From Patescibacteria group bacterium (lineage in GTDB: Bacteria > Patescibacteriota > Patescibacteriia > 2-01-FULL-39-33): a stretch of DNA of 32,000 nt. Under the pieces are notes generated by a model. The model ran no database searches. It saw nothing but the letters and a program-made list of their open reading frames with translations, and had not been told where the DNA came from. Each line of letters opens with the position of its first letter. The first letter of the stretch is position 1. The position numbers and the translations under genes were made by a program. This document shows, piece after piece, positions 14,497-23,121 of the stretch. The stretch covers positions 90,001 through 122,000 of the forward strand of contig JBAZMW010000004.1 of NCBI GenBank assembly GCA_041649575.1, given 5' to 3'.

Positions 14497-15339
14497 TTAA
14501 TCGACGGCAACATTTTTTGCCGTTTTTTTATTTTTTAAATAGTCTTCCTCTATTAATTCTTTAACAAAAGCATTAAGATCAATTTTGCGTCCAGCCAGTT
14601 TTAACGCCTCGAACATGTTAAAAAGTGCCTCATAAATATTCTCATTTCTGACAACCAATACTAAATTTTTCTCAAAGTTTATCATCATAACTGTCTTCTT
14701 AAAGATTATGATGTCCATATCAAAGTCGACAACAGCATTATTCACCACATAACAAACCACCATCCTGTCGGTATAAATTTCCAGCTGGTCGGCTGGAAGA
14801 TTTTCCAAATAACCTAGGGAATCCTCGCCAATAATGCCTTCAATAATAATTCTATATTTTTTAAATTCACTTTGAATAGAACTCAAATATGACTTTTCTA
14901 GATTGACTGAGGCGGCCACCGATCTATTGCCCTGAATCGCCAAAACTCGACTATTATAACCGGCTGTCAGGACTTTTTCATAAGCGGCCATAATGTTTTT
15001 TTTGCCTTTGATTACTTCTACCCCGATTTCCGACGGTAATTGTATTGTCTCCCGACCATCGTCCGAACCAAGATAAAGATACAAGCCCTTCATTAATTTT
15101 CTAATCTCTTCTTCTTCGCGCATCAGCCACTCATAGTGGCCTCGTACCCTAATCCTTTGCACCAAACCACGCTTTTGTAGTCTTTGCAATAAAAAATTAA
15201 CAGTAGTCCGTTTGACCAAAGATGTCTTTGCCAAATCAATCGGTCTTAGCGGTCCGCACTCTTTAAGCGCCTGGACTATCTCAAACTCTTTTTTATTAAG
15301 ACCCAATATTCTAAGGCCCGTTTTTGAAACACTTGTCAT
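14497..15339 (-). CDS. TrmB/MarR-like winged-helix transcriptional regulator with a C-terminal uncharacterised domain
   Basis: N-terminus LGLNKKEFEIVQALKECGPLRPIDLAKTSLVKRTTVNFLLQRLQKRGLVQRI is a wHTH. 280 aa in total. Confidence 0.6.
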   Translation of the reverse strand: MTSVSKTGLRILGLNKKEFEIVQALKECGPLRPIDLAKTSLVKRTTVNFLLQRLQKRGLVQRIRVRGHYEWLMREEEEIRKLMKGLYLYLGSDDGRETIQLPSEIGVEVIKGKKNIMAAYEKVLTAGYNSRVLAIQGNRSVAASVNLEKSYLSSIQSEFKKYRIIIEGIIGEDSLGYLENLPADQLEIYTDRMVVCYVVNNAVVDFDMDIIIFKKTVMMINFEKNLVLVVRNENIYEALFNMFEALKLAGRKIDLNAFVKELIEEDYLKNKKTAKNVAVD

Positions 15340-15345
15340 TATTTA

Positions 15346-15374
15346 ATTATAAATAATGACAAAATTATTGTCAA
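15346..15374 (-). promoter_or_regulatory. Promoter: TTGACA, 17-nt spacer, TATAAT, only 6 nt upstream of the regulator ATG (leaderless), overlapping the palindrome TGACAAAATTATTGTCA (15357-15373)
   Basis: The -35 is at 15369-15374 and the -10 at 15346-15351 on the minus strand. The ATG is at 15339. The inverted repeat TGACAA/TTGTCA has a 5-bp spacer. Confidence 0.5.
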
Positions 15375-15506
15375 AATATTTATATAATATTATCTAAATT
15401 TAAACAAATAATCATCTCTAATCAAAAAACGTTGATTAACCGCCATTAAAAGATTATCCTAAAGAGTGGCTTAGCTGAAAAACCTAAACGAGAAAGGGAA
15501 ATCGCC

Positions 15507-15701
15507 ATGAGAGAGATAACCCCAGCCAAATCACGTTGTGTTCTCGGCGCCTGTCCCAGGGTATATGTTGATGACGAGGGAAGCGCCTTCGTTGTCGGCA
15601 CCGCCGTGGCCGCAGATCATCGGATGTCGAATTTACACCTGGGAGCCGGCGAAGCGATCGTCAGGCTGCCGGAGGAGATTCTGCGCAATCTGCAACCATA
15701 G
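15507..15701 (+). CDS. Hypothetical 64-aa protein, strikingly GC-rich
   Basis: The ORF reads MREITPAKSRCVLGACPRVYVDDEGSAFVVGTAVAADHRMSNLHLGAGEAIVRLPEEILRNLQP. A weak purine-rich RBS (GAGAAAGGGA) lies upstream. The hairpin ACGGCCAA...TTGGCCGT followed by T-rich sequence lies downstream. Confidence 0.4.
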   Translation: MREITPAKSRCVLGACPRVYVDDEGSAFVVGTAVAADHRMSNLHLGAGEAIVRLPEEILRNLQP

Positions 15702-15803
15702 GCAAGCAGCGACGCCAATTATACGGCCAAGTTCGAGAGAATTTGGCCGTTTACCTTTTCATCGATTTCCTATCGCTAATCAACTCTTGTTAACCACGGC
15801 AAT

Positions 15804-16400
15804 ATGGCTAAAACTTTTCTCAAAAAATTGGTACGACGTTGCCTCCGACAGGAACTTCAAAAAGTGATCAAACAAACAGACTGTGATTTAATTGTGGACA
15901 TTGGTTGCGGCAATGGCGAAATTTGGTCTGGATTGTTAGATAAACGGATTATTAAAATATTCGGGGTCGACGATTCTGCAAGAATCACTAGCCTAACCAA
16001 TGGAACCAATGTCTACGATCATCTGTTTATGGCTGACGCCAGCCAGCTGCCATTTCCTAACAACCATTTTGATATTTCGGTTATAAGCTTATTACTACAC
16101 GCTGTAGACAGGACCAAGAGAGGCTTGATTCTAAAAGAAGCCAGGAGGGTTACCAGGCCTGGCGGTTTTATATTTATTTTTGATTTCGCCTTTCCTGCTA
16201 CTCAAAATTTGATCGGTAAATTGTTTAAGTGTTTTTTTGAATGCGAAGAGCGGCTAATCGGAGAAGTCAATCCGAATCATTATCAAAATTATCTGGATTT
16301 TTTGAGAGATGACGGACTAGCCAAATTTTTAAAAAGTAAAAATTATTATAAAAAGAGTTGTTTTTTTAAAAATTTTGATGTTATAATAATTCAAGTCTAA
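15804..16400 (+). CDS. Class I SAM-dependent methyltransferase (Methyltransf_11-like)
   Basis: Motif I is LIVDIGCGNGE, the acidic loop is GVDDS, and the post-motif is RVTRPGGFIFIFDF. Confidence 0.7.
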   Translation: MAKTFLKKLVRRCLRQELQKVIKQTDCDLIVDIGCGNGEIWSGLLDKRIIKIFGVDDSARITSLTNGTNVYDHLFMADASQLPFPNNHFDISVISLLLHAVDRTKRGLILKEARRVTRPGGFIFIFDFAFPATQNLIGKLFKCFFECEERLIGEVNPNHYQNYLDFLRDDGLAKFLKSKNYYKKSCFFKNFDVIIIQV

Positions 16401-16443
16401 ACCAAAAATTAAAACGCTTTTCATAAGAATAATTAAACTCAAC

Positions 16444-16824
16444 ATGTCCCAAAAAAACAAAGAATTGTGTCATGACTGTGACCATTGCTGCAATTATGCG
16501 GCGGTAGAAATCGATAAGCCCACAACCAAGCGCGATTACCAGAATGTCATTTGGCTACTGCACCATAAAAATGTCCGTGTCTACATCGATGAAGAACGAG
16601 CCTGGATCTTGGAGTTTGTGACGCCATGTGAATTTATAAATAAAGACAAATTATGTTCGATTTACGAGAAGCGTCCGCTAATGTGTCGGGAATACCTGCA
16701 GGAAGACTGCGTCCGTTATAGCAAAAATAGCCCAGAAAAGCATGCCTTTGAAAAGGCAGCCGATTTAATCAGGTATTTGGAGAAAAAAGGAATTGACTAC
16801 CAATTCAGAAAAAGTAAAAAATAG
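16444..16824 (+). CDS. YkgJ-family cysteine-cluster protein (CxxCxxCC putative Zn/Fe-chelating domain)
   Basis: N-terminal CHDCDHCC, plus downstream C residues in ...TPCEFINKDKLCSIYEKRPLMCREY... Confidence 0.65.
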   Translation: MSQKNKELCHDCDHCCNYAAVEIDKPTTKRDYQNVIWLLHHKNVRVYIDEERAWILEFVTPCEFINKDKLCSIYEKRPLMCREYLQEDCVRYSKNSPEKHAFEKAADLIRYLEKKGIDYQFRKSKK

Positions 16825-16846
16825 TTTGACCTGTGGAAAACTATTG

Positions 16847-16872
16847 TTGACACGTTTTTTTTGTGGTATAAT
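16847..16872 (+). promoter_or_regulatory. Extended -10 promoter (TGgTATAAT) with an upstream TTGACA
   Basis: TATAAT is at 16867-16872 and is preceded by TGG. TTGACA is at 16847-16852, giving a short 14-nt spacer. Confidence 0.45.
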
Positions 16873-16947
16873 GAATTTAATTGAAATAACTTTTTTAATT
16901 TTATTTCAAGATGAAAAATCTATTTAATGGAAGGGGGTGATTCTCAA

Positions 16948-16998
16948 ATGGCAAAAAAGAAGGCAAAAAAGAAAGTTGCAAAAAAGAAAAAGAGATAA
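16948..16998 (+). CDS. 16-codon lysine-rich mini-ORF (MAKKKAKKKVAKKKKR)
   Basis: Strong SD GGAAGGGGGTGA ends 7 nt before the ATG. The promoter lies upstream and a long hairpin terminator downstream. Confidence 0.4.
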   Translation: MAKKKAKKKVAKKKKR

Positions 16999-17014
16999 AA
17001 GTTTTCTCAAGCGC

Positions 17015-17100
17015 AAAATCCCCGTCTGCCCGTTTTGGTTCTTAAGGTCAGTTGAAGCGAGGCGAGCAGAGGGGATTTTGTGTTTTTGTTTTTATTTTTT
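17015..17100 (+). terminator. Long-stem terminator
   Basis: AAAATCCCC(G)TCTGC pairs with GCAGAGGGGATTTT over 14 bp, followed by TGTGTTTTTGTTTTTATTTTTTT. It abuts the stop codon of the convergent EndoQ gene. Confidence 0.55.
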
Positions 17101-18344
17101 TAGAGCAACTTTTTTTGAACAGTTTTTACGGCAGCGGTCTTGATGGCTATTTGGCCGTAGATACCGTCGTAGCCGGGAGTGATTTCGACTCGGCCGAGTC
17201 GGACGCTGATAATTCTTTCGGCGATCTCCGGCCGGGCGATTTTTTTTAACTGCTCTTCGGTTAAGTCGATCAGAATTTCGAATTCACAATATTTTTTGAT
17301 CAGATTAAAATATTCGGTTTGGACTTTTTTTGAATTTTTGCCAACCCCGAAGCTGTCGGCGATAATTTCTTGTAACGGTATTAGACTTTTGTAGGGAATA
17401 TTTTTGGGAGAGTCGCTGTTTTTTTGATCGGCCAGCTCGTTAACTCGGTGAAGCACCCCTAAGGTCAGGGGTTTTTTACAAAGAGGACAGAGGTTGTTAT
17501 TTTTTTTGCTTACTGCCGGGCTGGAGAGGTAGCGGCAAGCGGCGTGGCCGTCGAAATGATATTTGCCTTCTTCGGGAAAAAATTCAATAGTGTAGAGGAA
17601 TTTGTTTTTATCTTTCTCTTTGATGAGGCGGCTAATTTCCTGGTAGCTCAATTGGCCGTCAGTTATTTCAAACACATTGGCCTCGCGGCCAAGATTGGCT
17701 GGCGAATGGGCATCGGAATTGGAGAGCAAGGTAATTCTATCCAGGGCCGATAATTGCCAATTCATTTTTGGATCGGAAGACAAGCCGGTTTCAATGGCGT
17801 GGATATAAGGAGTGATTTCTTCGAAGCATTCAGCCAGAGAATCAAAACCAGACTTGGAACCAAAAACAGCAAACCAAGGAGTCCAGGCATGAGCGGGAAC
17901 AACCAAACTCTGTTGGTTGATGTTTAAAATAATTTTAGCCAGCTCTTTGGCCGACAGGCCAATAATCGGCCGGCCGTCGGATTTAATATTAAAGCCCCGT
18001 TTTTCAAAGTCGGCAATAATTTTTTCAACGGTCGTGATATCGGGAACCAAAAGGCAGACATGGATTCTTCTGGTTTTGCCGCCCTGCGAGTAGATACAGC
18101 TGATTTCCGTACCCAAGACAAATCTGACAAGACTGTCGCTGTCTTTTAGACGATAAAGCCCCGGCTCGGCTTCGATCAGTTTGTCTTTTATTTCTTTGAA
18201 CCACTTGGGATGAGTGAAATCTCCGGTGCTGACAATCTTTATGCCCTTATATTGGCACCAAGAGTCAATATTTTCCAAGGTCAAGTCACGCGAGCAACCT
18301 CGGGAATAGGCGGAATGGATATGTAAGTCGGCAATGACGCGCAT
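17100..18344 (-). CDS. Endonuclease Q-like PHP-domain nuclease with a C-terminal Zn finger
   Basis: Matches include N-terminal DLHIHSAYSRGCS, ...PAHAWTPWFAVFG..., LLSNSDAHSPANLGREANVF, GKYHFDGHAACRY...CPLCKKPLTLGVLHRVNELAD and PGYDGIYGQI. These fit my recollection of Pyrococcus/Bacillus EndoQ. Confidence 0.75.
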   Translation of the reverse strand: MRVIADLHIHSAYSRGCSRDLTLENIDSWCQYKGIKIVSTGDFTHPKWFKEIKDKLIEAEPGLYRLKDSDSLVRFVLGTEISCIYSQGGKTRRIHVCLLVPDITTVEKIIADFEKRGFNIKSDGRPIIGLSAKELAKIILNINQQSLVVPAHAWTPWFAVFGSKSGFDSLAECFEEITPYIHAIETGLSSDPKMNWQLSALDRITLLSNSDAHSPANLGREANVFEITDGQLSYQEISRLIKEKDKNKFLYTIEFFPEEGKYHFDGHAACRYLSSPAVSKKNNNLCPLCKKPLTLGVLHRVNELADQKNSDSPKNIPYKSLIPLQEIIADSFGVGKNSKKVQTEYFNLIKKYCEFEILIDLTEEQLKKIARPEIAERIISVRLGRVEITPGYDGIYGQIAIKTAAVKTVQKKLL

Positions 18345-18414
18345 AGGGCTAATAGCTTATTGCTTATGGTTTAATAATGAATGAATTGATTTTAGCATCG
18401 GGAGTTTTTTTTGG

Positions 18415-18810
18415 CAAAAAGAAAGCGCCACATGTTACAAACAGAGGTGACGCGGTTTGGAGAGTGTCAAGAGTATTTAGCCTTATGAGGACTAATCAAG
18501 GGGCGACCCTGGGTTAGTTTCTCACATCTTCAGATGACTAAAGAGCGGTCATCTTACTCGTGAAGCTGCTGCGGGAGCTTTGTCGGGGAGAGGTCCCAAC
18601 TCAATTTGTAACTCCCGTGAAACGGTCGCACTCGTTCCGATTAACAGCCTCCGCGACACCGTTTTTGGTCTATCATGCGCGTATTTCCCAAAAACCGGTT
18701 TGGGCTCTGCCAGCTTCAGAAGAATCGGGCGCTCCTCTCTTGTCCGTGATCCTTCTTATACCATTACGGGGGGCATCGATTTTTCTTTTCTCGTCTCTCG
18801 AAACTCTCCT
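18415..18810 (-). ncRNA. Unclassified structured RNA candidate, about 395 nt
   Basis: The segment is GC-rich and has no ORF longer than 11 codons on this strand. It has its own promoter at 18817-18845 and an intrinsic terminator at 18416-18453. The 5' and 3' ends form a 13/15-bp helix (18795-18809 with 18459-18473), and there are many internal hairpins. Confidence 0.5.
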
Positions 18811-18816
18811 ATCACT

Positions 18817-18845
18817 AGTATAGACTCATTAGGCAGAAAAGTCAA
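18817..18845 (-). promoter_or_regulatory. Promoter: TTGACT, 17-nt spacer, TATACT, for the ncRNA candidate
   Basis: The -35 is at 18840-18845 and the -10 at 18817-18822 on the minus strand. Confidence 0.5.
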
Positions 18846-18955
18846 TGTTATTTTTTTGGCAAAAAAAAGAAGGCGGCTTCACCACAATTGTGATGACTCC
18901 ACCAACTAAGTCGGATCGGCCGACGGACAACTCGGGTTCAGCAGGTCACAGTCGT

Positions 18956-19090
18956 CTACACGACGATACCAGCTCTGCCACCCTGCACCTGGATAACGGT
19001 CAGACCATAGAGGCAGAAGAAATAGAAGCCAGCTTGATCTAGCTGGCAATCCTCTCGGCCGCATTTCTTACACTTACACTTCTGCTCCAT
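18956..19090 (-). CDS. 44-aa Cys-rich mini-protein (MEQKCKCKKCGREDCQLDQAGFYFFCLYGLTVIQVQGGRAGIVV)
   Basis: SD GAAGGAGA ends 7 nt before the ATG. It starts 16 nt after the upstream ORF's stop. It is not in the ORF track because it is shorter than 60 aa. Confidence 0.45.
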   Translation of the reverse strand: MEQKCKCKKCGREDCQLDQAGFYFFCLYGLTVIQVQGGRAGIVV

Positions 19091-19106
19091 ACCCTTTCTC
19101 CTTCAG

Positions 19107-19319
19107 TTAGGCCCGCACATCAAGCAGCCGGCCGGAGTGATTTCCCGTAGAGATCAGTCGTGGCGATCTCGGAGCCGGGCTTCTGTTGATAGACTTCAGG
19201 TAACAAGAATGACACAATAGCCCTCTCCGGTCGAAGATCACCTTGGTTTGTCCGCAGTGACTACAAGGGGCGACTAGCGGCCTTGATTCGGCACATGAAA
19301 TACTGACACGAGAGATCAT
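19107..19319 (-). CDS. 70-aa zinc-ribbon-like mini-protein (CxxC-x13-CxxC)
   Basis: SD AGGAGGG ends 7 nt before the ATG at 19319. The ORF reads MISRVSISCAESRPLVAPCSHCGQTKVIFDRRGLLCHSCYLKSINRSPAPRSPRLISTGNHSGRLLDVRA. The track's longer 101-aa version starts upstream of the SD. Confidence 0.5.
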   Translation of the reverse strand: MISRVSISCAESRPLVAPCSHCGQTKVIFDRRGLLCHSCYLKSINRSPAPRSPRLISTGNHSGRLLDVRA

Positions 19320-19394
19320 GACCCTTCCCTCCTGACGCTCAAAAATGTTCAAGCTAGTATTATAAATAGCACAATTATTTATGGTTGTAAAGAT

Positions 19395-19421
19395 AAATAA
19401 AAATCCCGCCAAAAGGCGGGA
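19395..19421 (-). terminator. rRNA operon terminator
   Basis: TCCCGCC-TTTT-GGCGGGA hairpin followed on the minus strand by TTTTTATTTAT, just downstream of the 5S rRNA. Confidence 0.7.
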
Positions 19422-19439
19422 CTAGTTTTTAAATCCAGG

Positions 19440-19551
19440 GTCCGGGCGCTGACCTACTTTCCCCATTGAAGAGTATCATCGGCTCAGGAGGGCTTAACTA
19501 CTGAGTTCGGGATGGGATCAGGTGTGACCCCTCTGATAGAAGCACCCAGAC
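19440..19551 (-). rRNA. rrf: 5S rRNA
   Basis: Helix I pairs GTCTGGGTGC with GCGCCCGGAC. The conserved core CCCATCCCGAACTCAGTAGTTAAGC is present. Ends are good to about 3 nt. Confidence 0.9.
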
Positions 19552-19602
19552 TCTGGATTCAAAAATTTTTTGATAAGCAATAATCGTAATCACAATTCTT
19601 GC

Positions 19603-22729
<3,127 letters not shown>

Positions 22730-22795
22730 ACAAGAATTTCAATTACGATTGGAATTCTTGCTCGACTAATTGCTTATCTTTCTACTTCTTTTTTG

Positions 22796-22823
22796 AGAAT
22801 AATTGAGAATATTTAATTGTCAA
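22796..22823 (-). promoter_or_regulatory. Proximal rRNA promoter candidate: TTGACA, 16-nt spacer, TATTCT
   Basis: The -35 is at 22818-22823 and the -10 at 22796-22801 on the minus strand, about 65 nt upstream of the mature 23S 5' end. Confidence 0.45.
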
Positions 22824-22902
22824 AGTTCTCTTTTTCATCTTTTTTTCCTTTTAGCGTCCAGAGTGAGGACAACAAATCTTTTTATTGGCCGGCTTTGGGC
22901 GT

Positions 22903-22929
22903 TAAAAAAACCGCCTTGCTCCAAGCGGT
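22903..22929 (-). terminator. Rho-independent terminator downstream of the miaB-like gene and upstream of the 23S rRNA
   Basis: On the minus strand, ACCGCTTGGAGCAAGGCGGT forms a hairpin followed by TTTTTTT. Confidence 0.55.
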
Positions 22930-23092
22930 GTTTCTAGCAGCGCAAAAAATGCCCGTTAGCTTGGAGAATGATTAGTGAAATAGTTGATGACTCTCATAAA
23001 GCGATGTTAACTAGTTTAAACTAATTGTTGTTTTTTGTCCAGGCTTTATTTTTTGAATAAGCTGTGGATAATCTATAATTGTTATTACTTTA

Positions 23093-23121
23093 ATTATATA
23101 GTTTTCTTAATTATTTGTCAA
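23093..23121 (-). promoter_or_regulatory. Perfect consensus promoter: TTGACA, 17-nt spacer, TATAAT, overlapping the miaB-like stop codon
   Basis: The -35 is at 23116-23121 and the -10 at 23093-23098 on the minus strand. Confidence 0.5.

Noticed and set aside
16937-17249. Track ORFs 16937-17143 (68 aa) and 17052-17249 (65 aa).
   Set aside because: The first starts at a GTG inside the SD of the 16-codon ORF and reads through the terminator hairpin. The second is antisense to EndoQ. The SD-phased 16-codon frame is the better-supported reading.
18415-18810. Whether the ORF-free GC-rich RNA candidate is RNase P RNA, tmRNA, SRP RNA or 6S RNA.
   Set aside because: I could not find the RNase P CR-I (GAGGAAAGUCC) or CR-V (ACAGAACCCGGCUUA) blocks in the right order with P4 complementarity. 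There is no tRNA-like GGTTCGA...CCA end or tag ORF for tmRNA, and no GGAAGCAGCC-type SRP motif. It stays unclassified. A covariance-model scan is still needed.
18560-19042. Plus-strand track ORFs 18560-18823, 18580-18909 and 18845-19042 in the GC-rich island.
   Set aside because: They have no RBS or promoter context and mutually overlapping frames. They run antisense to a unit with clear minus-strand promoter, SD and terminator signals. High GC inflates random ORF length here.
19180-19335. RNase-P-like strings on the minus strand: ACAGAAGCCCGGCT (about 19181-19194) and GGAGGGAAGGGTC (about 19320-19332).
   Set aside because: They occur in the wrong 5'-to-3' order, only about 125 nt apart, and cannot form P4. 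Both sit in or at a well-formed SD-led ORF, so they are better explained as coding and RBS sequence.
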